Shown here: one piece after another, positions 26,623 through 35,563 of the stretch
How the letters are laid out: the number at the start of each line of letters is the position of its first letter
Position numbering within the stretch: the first letter of the stretch is position 1
NCBI GenBank assembly: GCA_035329185.1
Contig: DAOLHH010000002.1
Coordinates: 1-47,882 of the forward strand
Source of the DNA: Candidatus Saccharimonadota bacterium
Lineage (GTDB): Bacteria; Patescibacteriota; Saccharimonadia; Saccharimonadales; SZUA-47
DNA length: 47,882 nucleotides
Direction of reading: 5' to 3'
The notes under the pieces: generated by a model
Seen by the model: the letters and a program-made list of their open reading frames with translations, nothing else
Told to the model about the DNA's origin: nothing
Databases searched by the model: none
Made by a program: the position numbers and the translations under genes

Positions 26623-29079
26623 CTACTGCGATTCTATGGCAGACTTTACTGCACCTGCGAGCCAACGTGCTTGTGTTTGTGATCCCTGATTAGAATAGTG
26701 CACGTAATCACCATCGGGTGGAATCATCTCTCCTCTGCCAATTGCTCCTTCAAAATCTATGAGGGTCGCGTCTATGCCATTTGATTTTGCCGATGCTACT
26801 CCCGCAGCAATTACAGGATTCGTGTAAACATGGAGAAGTTGACCATCCTGAATAACCCACCACTGTCCATCATCAACAAAAAAGGTGTTTACCCAGAATA
26901 TCTTCGCATTTGGGCTGTAGCCCTTCAGGGTGTTCATGAATGCTACCATGCGGACATCGTAGTTCTCTGTAATAGGGCTATCGTTTGTTCCTATGGCAAC
27001 AACGATGTAATTTGCGCTCGCTAAGTCATCTTTATGGCTATCGACAACTGCCTCGACATCGGATAATTTCCATCCACCCTTTGCCCTTATTGAATTCCCA
27101 ATGAATTCACCACTATTATCGGTGTATTCAGTATCAACACTAAAACCAGTTTCGTTAAATATTGGGAGAAGTCCATTGGCTGCCATGCCAACAGTGAGGG
27201 AGTCTCCAAACATGAAGAGCCTGTTTCCCGTTGATGGGAGTGGTGTAGGAGTGGGAGTAGGAGTGGTTGGGCTCGGTGCTGGTTCAGGAGTTGTAGGAGG
27301 TTCTTCTGAACTTTGCGTAGCTTCAAATGCAACGTATGAAATTGTAGCGTCAGCATCAACCCCTGTTGTTGCATTTGATGGCAGTGTTGATTCGGAGAGT
27401 CGGTAAATGTGCCCTATATTTGCAGCGTAGCTTTGATGAGGCGCAAAGAAAAATACAGCGGTAGCTGCAAAAATAATCGCCATCGAAGCACCTGCATAAC
27501 CGGTGTAAGGGTTTTCAGGCTGAACGTATGTGTAGTCCATCGTATTGTGCGCATATTCAAACGATCGAGTCTGTTTGTAGTGCCTTACTGCATAAATACC
27601 ACCAAAAATTATGCCAAGAATTACGAGGGTAGATAATACATACACCGACCATCTGCTCTTCACTTTTCCTGTAGTGGCAGCAACTTTATTATTCTGTATA
27701 TTCACCGTTGAACTGTAGGTCGCAATTTCACCACTTTTCTTGGTAACGCGCATGGAAAGCACAGCGCTCCCATTTTTAATTTTTGTCGTATCAAACGAGA
27801 AAGATGTAGGGGTGTCTTTGCTCTCTATGTCTATAGTATCGATAGTCTTCCCGCTCACTAGCAGTTCAAGCTTATCACCGGCGCTTAAAGAAATGTTTTT
27901 TGGAGCAGCAACTACGACGGTACCGCTAATATCTCCCTTCAGGTTTAGACCTGCAACGACCGCAGATTTAACCGGGCTGACCGTTTTAGTGTTTTTCGTT
28001 GTAGTTGATTGATTTGAGGTATTTGACGTTTGCGGGGTTTGTGAATTATTGGTAGGAGTTGCCGATGGGGCGTAATACGTATATTGGGGAATGGTCGTAG
28101 ATTGACTCGGTGTTGATGATGCATTCGAAGTGGGTTGTGGTGTGGGGCTAGGCGAGGGACTTGGTGCAGGCTGCGTACTAGCTGGTTCATTGCTGTCTGT
28201 ATTTGTATTATTTTGCTCAGAATTTTGATTTTCTGGTTTTGTTGTGGTCGGTTTAGTGTTCGTTGTTGGTTTCGTCGTCGTCGTTTCTTCTGTTGCGGGT
28301 GAGGGTGGGGTTGGCGTGGGTGATGAAGTTTCTTCCGAGTTATTAATGGTAAATTCTAGGGTTTTTTCTGTGACCCCACTTTCGCTAATAGCTCGTACGG
28401 TCAAAGAATGTTTGCCGTCTGATAGAGATTCGCTCGGCCAGCCTGCGCAATCACTATCAGTCAAGACAAGACAGTAAGGGGCAGTGGTCGAAGTTGAAAA
28501 AGCAGTACTTGCTTCATCAAAATAAAATTCCACGCGCACCGCTGGATTACTGCTATTCGAAAGTACTGTTTCCACAACGGGACTACCGGATACATTTTTA
28601 TTGAGTCCAACAATACTGAAATCTAAGGGTTCTTCGACACAATTTGTACCGTCGCCCGTAGGTACACACTCCCCGTCAAGCGTAAAAAGCAGTTTAGATA
28701 CTTTCAGCGCTCCGTCGCTTATATATACTCTAAATTGGCTAGTATCTTCACCTATTGTGATGCGCTTATTCGCGTCACTTAACCGAGTCCAGCTCCATGT
28801 ATCAGAATTATCCGGACTATTAAACTGAGTGCAGGAATTGCCTTCATCTCCACTGATATACGCCAGCGAACTATCATTACTTGGCTTATTTTGCTCTAGC
28901 CAAACGCTATATTCGCCTGGTACATCTATTGCATTTTGAACTGTGATGTAAGTTGATGGACAGGCATTTGCCTGTGCAGAGACACTTTCTATGATACCTT
29001 GTGCGCAAGCTAGTATTACGAGGCTTCCTACGAGCGTTAGGTTTGCAATTTTATATTTCAAAATTCCTTGTATCTTCAT
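26623..29079 (-). CDS. Large surface protein (818 aa). Order: signal peptide, Cys-containing beta module, Ig-like, PT linker, Ig-like, TM hairpin, PT linker, C-terminal SGNH/GDSL hydrolase
   Basis: SGNH blocks FMFGDSLTVG, VAIGTNDS and DYVHYS. Paralogous to the next gene over the first ~550 aa. Confidence 0.7.
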   Translation of the reverse strand: MKIQGILKYKIANLTLVGSLVILACAQGIIESVSAQANACPSTYITVQNAIDVPGEYSVWLEQNKPSNDSSLAYISGDEGNSCTQFNSPDNSDTWSWTRLSDANKRITIGEDTSQFRVYISDGALKVSKLLFTLDGECVPTGDGTNCVEEPLDFSIVGLNKNVSGSPVVETVLSNSSNPAVRVEFYFDEASTAFSTSTTAPYCLVLTDSDCAGWPSESLSDGKHSLTVRAISESGVTEKTLEFTINNSEETSSPTPTPPSPATEETTTTKPTTNTKPTTTKPENQNSEQNNTNTDSNEPASTQPAPSPSPSPTPQPTSNASSTPSQSTTIPQYTYYAPSATPTNNSQTPQTSNTSNQSTTTKNTKTVSPVKSAVVAGLNLKGDISGTVVVAAPKNISLSAGDKLELLVSGKTIDTIDIESKDTPTSFSFDTTKIKNGSAVLSMRVTKKSGEIATYSSTVNIQNNKVAATTGKVKSRWSVYVLSTLVILGIIFGGIYAVRHYKQTRSFEYAHNTMDYTYVQPENPYTGYAGASMAIIFAATAVFFFAPHQSYAANIGHIYRLSESTLPSNATTGVDADATISYVAFEATQSSEEPPTTPEPAPSPTTPTPTPTPLPSTGNRLFMFGDSLTVGMAANGLLPIFNETGFSVDTEYTDNSGEFIGNSIRAKGGWKLSDVEAVVDSHKDDLASANYIVVAIGTNDSPITENYDVRMVAFMNTLKGYSPNAKIFWVNTFFVDDGQWWVIQDGQLLHVYTNPVIAAGVASAKSNGIDATLIDFEGAIGRGEMIPPDGDYVHYSNQGSQTQARWLAGAVKSAIESQ

Positions 29080-29093
29080 GCGGGGATCAGCCT

Positions 29094-32072
29094 TTATTGT
29101 GGCGGTACGCAGTAAGCATACGCGTAGACTGAAGCGTTGTCAGGAAGCGGAGCTTGTGGACAGATTTCTTGGTGCAGTGTTTTAGCAGATACTTTGTCAT
29201 AGCCTGGGTCTGGCTGGATAGCTTTAAGTGCTTTCATTTCCATACCGCTTGCGTATTGATCGCAGTTTAAGCTTGAATTAGCAACGATACATGGGACAAG
29301 CGAGCCAAATCCACAGTCGCCACCAGTTGAAGTACTAACAGGCATATTGTTAAGACATTTGTCTAAGAATTCTTGATTTACTTGTGGATTCCACGCTCCA
29401 AACCAGTCACCGTGTGAACTCCCACCGTTGAAGGTTGACAAGGTACTTGTTGCACGATCGACATCAGAAGATAAGAACCATGTGCTCGAGTCTTCTCCAG
29501 CATCTGCAAAGTAGAAAATATTAAACTCCAGCAGAGGAAGAGTGATCGTGCCGGCAGGACATTCTGAATACCACCAACCACCGGTTGAATCTTCCCAAGA
29601 GTTTGCATAATCAGTAAGGTTTGCGTTCTCTTTAAGACATGTAGGGAAGGCGACAATTTGATGCAGGCGCATGTATGTGCCCCCGCAATTGACCATTTCG
29701 TTGCTATGAGGCGCATTATATTCGCAGTTCCATGGTGATGCTCCAGCTTTTTGAACGGTGATACGCTCTACAGGAATTACGAAACGAAGTCCGGCTGGGT
29801 ATGGCTGTACTTTACCGGCAATCGGTCCGGAGGCCTTGTAGTAGATAAGCATACGATCGGGGACGCGTACGTTTCCTTCCATATCCATGACGGCGGGTGC
29901 CCAATAGCCTGTACGATTCAATTCCATCCCCGAGCATGTACCATTTCCAGAACCAAGCAATGTCTCATATGTTGAAAAAGCGTTAGTATGCGTATTACCA
30001 AAGTTCATGTGCATATGAGCAACACCAGGCTGGTTCGGGTATACAATTGGGTCATCATAGCTAAAGTGTGAAAAGGCACATTCAGTTCTAAACATGACCT
30101 GTCCAGGCCCAATGGTATCCGGATTATAGGCTCCATGACCGGCGTAGTCGTCAGGATGTCCCCAGTTGTCAGGGTTGGTATACAAGGCTTCGGGTGACAT
30201 ATTTTCGCGAGCGGAATTATCAAAATTTTTATTACGAGATGATGCCGCACGGAGTAACGCTAACTGAGAGTTATAGTCAGCAGTCGTTGCTGGTGGAGGA
30301 GTCGGAGTCGGTGTGGGGGTCGGCGTTGGCGTTGGTGTCGGTGTAGGAGTTGGTGTGGGGGTAGGCGTAGGAGTTGGTGTTGGAGTAGTTCCTCCGTCGT
30401 CGTCCGGATCGTACCCAGTTTCTGGAGACTCATTTGGCCCTGTGCCCGAATCAGTATCGCTCATCAAGATATAGCTTATATTTTTTGTGGTGTCCTTTCC
30501 TTTTTGGAACTCAGTCGGTATCGCAGCGGTGGTCGAAGGTATGATATAGCCGACGTTTGCTGCTTGACTCGCGCTAACTCCCAAGAAAAGCACAGCCGTC
30601 ACACCGACGAGTATTGCCATGGTGGCTCCACCTGCTGCCATGTAGGGGTTTTCTGGCGCGACATACGTGTAGTCCATCGTATTGTGCGCAAAGTCGTACA
30701 TGCGACGCTTCATGTAATAACGGTAGCCGAATGCCGCACCTGCAATTAGCCCAATTACCAGGATGAAGGTGAGTAACATTGTTGGCCATTTTTGTTTTAC
30801 AGATCCTGTTGTAGCCGATATGGTACCATTTGAAATCTTAACGGTTGAGCTGTAAGTAGATATTTCGCCATTTGATTTTTTTGTAACGCGCAGAGAAATC
30901 ACGGCGCTCCCATTCTTGAGTTTTGTAGAGTCCAATACGAATGAAACAATTGCTGATGGATCGGTAATTTCTTTGGTTTCAATCACCTTACCGCTTGCGA
31001 GGAGCTCGACCTTATCACCTTTAGAAAACCTAATAGATTTTGGTGCGGTGATGATGACATTACCACTAATCTCGCTGTCTAGATTAAGGCCAGCAACCAC
31101 CGCAGATTTAACCGTGGTATTGGTTTTGTTGTCATTTATTTTAGATATAACGCCGTTTGATGAGGTATTTGAGCTGGAACTAGAGCTAGTGGAACTACCA
31201 GTGTTTGTATTTGTAGCATTGCTGGTGATTTGGCGTATGGCTCGTACCTCATTAGAATTGCTCCCAGGTGCCGTGTAAGGAAGAGTTGGCGTGCTTGATG
31301 GAGTCGGGGTAGGGGTTGGTGTTGGAGAAGGCGTCTCCGAAGCCGATTCGTTTTTTATAGTAAAGCTGATCACTTTTTCTGTCGGTTCTGTACCGCTCAC
31401 TGCGCGAATTGTTAGTTTGTGTGAGCCGTTAGACAGTGAGGAGCTTGGCCAGCCTGCGCAGTTTCCAGCAGTCAGCACAAGACAATAGGGTGAGCTTGAG
31501 CTTGTTGAAAACGGTTTACTTTCTTTATCAAAGTAGTATTCAACACGTACAGGGTCAACAGTTTTAGTATTTATGTACGTTTGGATAGTGACACTCCCTG
31601 AAATAGTTGAACCAGAATCGATTCCCTTGACACTCATACTTATAGGTTGTCGAACGCAGTTACTGCCATCTCCAGTCGGCGTACATTTCGTATCAAGAGT
31701 CAGGAGGAGGTTTGATAAGAGGGTAACACCGTTGTCGATGTATAAACGAATGCTGGCTTCTCCTGCACTAAAACTCTTTTTTAAAGTTCCACTAGACCCG
31801 GTCTTCCACGCCCAATCACCACCTGAACTTTTTGCAAAACTGCTACAACTTTTTCCACCATCATTACTTATTGAAACAACAGCTTTGGAGGTCGATTCTC
31901 GTTTTTCCTGTATCCATACCGCATAGTCACCCGACACATCAATAGTAGGAGAAACAGTCATGTAAGGTTTATCTGGGCATGAAGCTGCTTGAGCCTTAGG
32001 AACATGAATCGGTGCTAGTAACGCAATACAGCCAAGTACCAAAATACTAATAAAAATACCAATTCTCTTCAT
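29094..32072 (-). CDS. Large surface protein (about 992 aa), paralog of 26623..29079, with a C-terminal DUF1996-like domain
   Basis: Same N-terminal architecture. The C-terminal FRTECAFSHFSYDDPIVYPNQPGVAHMHMNFGN matches the DUF1996 signature as I recall it. ATG 32072 gives a clean signal peptide; the track start is 32111. Confidence 0.7.
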   Translation of the reverse strand: MKRIGIFISILVLGCIALLAPIHVPKAQAASCPDKPYMTVSPTIDVSGDYAVWIQEKRESTSKAVVSISNDGGKSCSSFAKSSGGDWAWKTGSSGTLKKSFSAGEASIRLYIDNGVTLLSNLLLTLDTKCTPTGDGSNCVRQPISMSVKGIDSGSTISGSVTIQTYINTKTVDPVRVEYYFDKESKPFSTSSSSPYCLVLTAGNCAGWPSSSLSNGSHKLTIRAVSGTEPTEKVISFTIKNESASETPSPTPTPTPTPSSTPTLPYTAPGSNSNEVRAIRQITSNATNTNTGSSTSSSSSSNTSSNGVISKINDNKTNTTVKSAVVAGLNLDSEISGNVIITAPKSIRFSKGDKVELLASGKVIETKEITDPSAIVSFVLDSTKLKNGSAVISLRVTKKSNGEISTYSSTVKISNGTISATTGSVKQKWPTMLLTFILVIGLIAGAAFGYRYYMKRRMYDFAHNTMDYTYVAPENPYMAAGGATMAILVGVTAVLFLGVSASQAANVGYIIPSTTAAIPTEFQKGKDTTKNISYILMSDTDSGTGPNESPETGYDPDDDGGTTPTPTPTPTPTPTPTPTPTPTPTPTPTPTPPPATTADYNSQLALLRAASSRNKNFDNSARENMSPEALYTNPDNWGHPDDYAGHGAYNPDTIGPGQVMFRTECAFSHFSYDDPIVYPNQPGVAHMHMNFGNTHTNAFSTYETLLGSGNGTCSGMELNRTGYWAPAVMDMEGNVRVPDRMLIYYKASGPIAGKVQPYPAGLRFVIPVERITVQKAGASPWNCEYNAPHSNEMVNCGGTYMRLHQIVAFPTCLKENANLTDYANSWEDSTGGWWYSECPAGTITLPLLEFNIFYFADAGEDSSTWFLSSDVDRATSTLSTFNGGSSHGDWFGAWNPQVNQEFLDKCLNNMPVSTSTGGDCGFGSLVPCIVANSSLNCDQYASGMEMKALKAIQPDPGYDKVSAKTLHQEICPQAPLPDNASVYAYAYCVPPQ
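30291..30383 (-). repeat. In-frame (Thr-Pro)n tandem repeat linker (about 14 TP units plus PPP)
   Basis: Plus strand reads (GGNGTN)n. It translates to TTPTPTPTPTPTPTPTPTPTPTPTPTPTPTPPP. Confidence 0.9.
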
Positions 32073-32142
32073 AACGATACAATAACCCCCGTTTGGTTTC
32101 AGATGTAGCATAACAGAAGTTGCTTATGTTTTCTAGAGGTAT

Positions 32143-34701
32143 TTAGTCGTGGTAAATAGCTTTTAAAATATCCATTCGTGCAGCTTTTCGTGCTGGCCAC
32201 GCTGCAGCAATAATGCCCGCAATTATCGCGAGTACAAAATAGAGAATGATTTGTGTTGTCGGGAATACGTACCCTTCAATACCCTGTGACGCAAGCGCTC
32301 GTAACACAGCCCATGCAAAGAATGCCCCCATAGCAACACCGAGTACCGCACCAAAGAGTGCAATGATTATAGATTCGTAGCGAATCATTCGACGCATCTG
32401 ACTTCTTGTCATGCCAATCGCCCGAAGCATACCAAGTTCCCGTGTTCGCTCGCTTATGGAAAGCATCAGGGTATTGGTTATACCGAGCACAGCAATGTTA
32501 ATTGCAAACGCAAGCAACCCCCAGAAGAGCGCTAAAATCTGGTCAATCTGTTTTTTAGCAGTTTCAAACAAATCACCCTTGTCCTGTACGCCAATTTGCG
32601 GATATCCTGCAAGGGCTGTTTTAATTTGTTCTTTTGCGACACTTATCTCAACATTATCTTGAACTTTTATGAGAAGCATAGTGAGAACATCTACCGGGAT
32701 ATTTTTCAGGTACGTTTCGTTCGATACGATAAGGTCTGAGTCAAATGCCTCGTTAAACGTACCTGCAATTTCAAAATTTTGAGTTCCGTTTGTTGGAAAT
32801 TCTATTGCAATTTTCTCACCTACTGTCCACCCTTCTGCATCAAGTCTCTTCTTGGAAACGAGTATTCCGCCATCCGCAACTCTTTCATAAGCCTTTTCAG
32901 TTTCATCTAGTTTCATGACAGAGCCGAATGTTTCAGCGTCGACACCTGCAAAAAAATCTTCAGTGATGCCATTTATTTTAACTCCTTGAAATGCATAGCG
33001 AACACGAACGATAGTTTTTAGATCAGCAATATCCTTAATCTGATCGTATACGTTAACACTAAATCCGCCTGTCCCCGGTCCGCCCTGGCCAATATTATTA
33101 GAGTAGACAGTTAGATCAGCGGGGAAGCTATCATCCAATACCCGTGTAATTTCAGATTTAAAGGTCGTAGCCATGATGGAGAGCATCGTTACGAGAGATA
33201 CGCCAATCATGAGTGCTGCGGCAGTTGATGCAGTCCGACGTGGCGTTCGTTTCGCATTATCGCGCGCTAGTCGAGCAGGGATGCCACGAAGTTTGACAAG
33301 CGGTGCACCGATAAAGCGAGTCAGGGGTATCGAGAGTAATGGCGCAATAACCGAAACGCCAATAAACATTAAAACCACTCCCGCACCGACCGCGTAGAGT
33401 GGGTTGTCAATATCGCCATTCAAACCATAAATAAGTGCGAATGCACCAATCGATGCTAGCAATATACCACTGAATCCTCGCTTGAAGAGTGATTTACGAT
33501 TTGGACCACTTGCTTCGTTGTCTCTCAGTGCTTCAACTGGAGAAACTTGAGAAGCTTTAATAGCAGGTAAGAGCGCAGCAACCAGTGTCACTATGACGCC
33601 GACCGAAAGTGATATATAAACCGTTCGGGGCGCGATGGTGAGATCTCCGCTCGGGATGCCAAAACCAAACCCATTCATGAGCGCACGGACGGCTGATGAA
33701 ATGATTAAACCTGCAAAAATACCAATGGTCGAAGACAATAACGAAACAGCAATCGCCTCATATATAACGAGGCTAACCACTTGAAAGCGTGTCGCTCCGA
33801 TGGCACGTAGCAAGGCAAGTTCTTTCGAGCGCTGTGCCACAATAATTCGAAACGTATTTTGGATAATAAAAGATCCAACAAAAATAGCTATACCAGCGAA
33901 CGCGAGCAGTGCCGTATTAATAAACCCTAGATTTTGATTGATGTCGCTAATTTGTTCATTTGACTGTTGTTCACCTGTGACAGCCTCCAGCTCCGAGGGT
34001 ATTGCTTGTGCGACTCGATCTCGAAGTGTGTTTGCGTCTACTCCTGTCTGAGCTTTAATATTAATTTCGCTAAATTTTCCTTCTTGACCAAATAGGCGCT
34101 GGGCCTCTTTGAGTTCGAATGCCGCAAGGGTGGCTCCCCCAAGGTTGTTTGCTTGTCCGAACGTGGCAATACCTGTAATAGTGAACTCTTCCGCTGGCCC
34201 GTTTGTGACTATTTTAACGCTATCGCCAACCTTAAAATTATTTGAAAGCGCAGTCGCTTTGTCCATTACGACTTCGCCGGCTTTTTCGGGAGCCTTTCCG
34301 CCATCTTCAATCTTTAAGATGCTTAATCCGGCCTCAGAAGTCCATGAAGAACCAATTGTCGGTGGTCCTTGGCCACCAATGGGTTTGCCTTCGCGATCCA
34401 GAAATTGTGCCGTTCCACCAACGCCCCCGCTTGCGACACTTACTCCTTCGACTGTTCGAATCGTGTCTATAACTGACTCATCAAACGCAGCGGTATTTTG
34501 CCCAAATTCTGCCTGTTGAGGACGTACCGTAACATCAACTCCAGAAAAAACATCCTTAAAGAGGTTTTTAAAGGTCGAACTTATGCTATCGGTGAAAATG
34601 TAGGTGCCAGATATAAAACTAACCCCAAGAATAATCGAGAAACCGGTGAGGAACATTCGTAGCTTGTGGCCAAGAAGGTTTTTAATTGCTGCGCGTAACA
34701 T
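32143..34701 (-). CDS. MacB/FtsX-type ABC transporter permease, duplicated (two FtsX modules, two large extracytoplasmic domains)
   Basis: Repeated conserved loops ELALLRAIGATRFQV and ELGMLRAIGMTRSQM. ATG 34701 lies 7 nt after AGGAG; the track start is 34740. Confidence 0.85.
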   Translation of the reverse strand: MLRAAIKNLLGHKLRMFLTGFSIILGVSFISGTYIFTDSISSTFKNLFKDVFSGVDVTVRPQQAEFGQNTAAFDESVIDTIRTVEGVSVASGGVGGTAQFLDREGKPIGGQGPPTIGSSWTSEAGLSILKIEDGGKAPEKAGEVVMDKATALSNNFKVGDSVKIVTNGPAEEFTITGIATFGQANNLGGATLAAFELKEAQRLFGQEGKFSEINIKAQTGVDANTLRDRVAQAIPSELEAVTGEQQSNEQISDINQNLGFINTALLAFAGIAIFVGSFIIQNTFRIIVAQRSKELALLRAIGATRFQVVSLVIYEAIAVSLLSSTIGIFAGLIISSAVRALMNGFGFGIPSGDLTIAPRTVYISLSVGVIVTLVAALLPAIKASQVSPVEALRDNEASGPNRKSLFKRGFSGILLASIGAFALIYGLNGDIDNPLYAVGAGVVLMFIGVSVIAPLLSIPLTRFIGAPLVKLRGIPARLARDNAKRTPRRTASTAAALMIGVSLVTMLSIMATTFKSEITRVLDDSFPADLTVYSNNIGQGGPGTGGFSVNVYDQIKDIADLKTIVRVRYAFQGVKINGITEDFFAGVDAETFGSVMKLDETEKAYERVADGGILVSKKRLDAEGWTVGEKIAIEFPTNGTQNFEIAGTFNEAFDSDLIVSNETYLKNIPVDVLTMLLIKVQDNVEISVAKEQIKTALAGYPQIGVQDKGDLFETAKKQIDQILALFWGLLAFAINIAVLGITNTLMLSISERTRELGMLRAIGMTRSQMRRMIRYESIIIALFGAVLGVAMGAFFAWAVLRALASQGIEGYVFPTTQIILYFVLAIIAGIIAAAWPARKAARMDILKAIYHD

Positions 34702-34711
34702 AGCTAATCTC

Positions 34712-35476
34712 CTAAGACCCAAGTTTCTTGAAGTGTTCAAGAATCGTATCGACAGAAGGATTCTTTATCTCATCAACAATATTGCCATCTTTAAGCATCA
34801 CTACGCGGTCTGCGTATGCTGCTGCATTAGGATCGTGCGTTACCATGACGATTGCTTGCCCATATTCATTGGCTGCCTTACGCAAGAATTGCAACAAGCC
34901 TGCTGCTGACTTTGAGTCCAAGTTTCCACTTGGTTCGTCGGCGAATATAATATCTGGACGGCTCACTAATGCGCGGGCGACGGCAACACGCTGTATTTGT
35001 CCACCAGATAATTCCGTTGGGGTATGGTTGAGCCTGTCTGCAATGCCAAGTAGGGTAACAAGATCTTTGAACCATTTTTTATCAGCTTTACGACCAGCAA
35101 TAGATAAGGGAAGGAGGATGTTTTCTTTCGCAGTGAGTGTCGGTACTAAGTTGAATGATTGAAATATAAAACCAACTCGTTTGCGACGTAACATCGTTAA
35201 TGATTTATCTTTGAGTTTACCGAGATTATGCCCTGCAATTTCTGCCGTTCCCTGAGATAGTTTATCGAGTCCTGCCGCACAATGAAGCAGTGTCGATTTA
35301 CCAGAACCCGAAGGGCCCATGATGGCTGTAAATACCCCTTTTTGAAAATCAATAGTCACGCCATTGAGCGCACGTACTTCCGTATCATTTTTCCCGTAAA
35401 TCTTATAAGCGTCAACAACACGTGCCATTGTAGTGCTGTCTTGGGTCTTTTTAGGTAATTCTGCTTGTTTTTGCAT
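34712..35476 (-). CDS. ABC transporter ATP-binding protein (MacB/LolD-like)
   Basis: Walker A GPSGSGKSTLL, signature LSGGQIQRVAVARAL, Walker B IIFADEPSGNLD. AAGGAG lies 7 nt upstream. Confidence 0.9.
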   Translation of the reverse strand: MQKQAELPKKTQDSTTMARVVDAYKIYGKNDTEVRALNGVTIDFQKGVFTAIMGPSGSGKSTLLHCAAGLDKLSQGTAEIAGHNLGKLKDKSLTMLRRKRVGFIFQSFNLVPTLTAKENILLPLSIAGRKADKKWFKDLVTLLGIADRLNHTPTELSGGQIQRVAVARALVSRPDIIFADEPSGNLDSKSAAGLLQFLRKAANEYGQAIVMVTHDPNAAAYADRVVMLKDGNIVDEIKNPSVDTILEHFKKLGS

Positions 35477-35563
35477 TCGGTCGCTCCTTTATGTATCAGT
35501 ATACGTTATTAGAGAAGCTCACGTACAGTGAGGCACATGCAAAACGAGTTATACTAAGAAGTA

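Noticed and set aside
27101-27406. Gly/Val-rich plus-strand ORFs opposite the PT linkers (also 28244-28477, 30916-31278, 31291-31488, 17772-18044)
   Set aside because: They are mirror images of Pro/Thr-rich coding repeats on the true strand, a typical low-complexity artefact.
30291-30383. The 6-nt tandem repeat as a non-coding microsatellite or CRISPR-like array
   Set aside because: It is in frame inside a long ORF, encodes (TP)n, and has no spacers or repeat-spacer periodicity.
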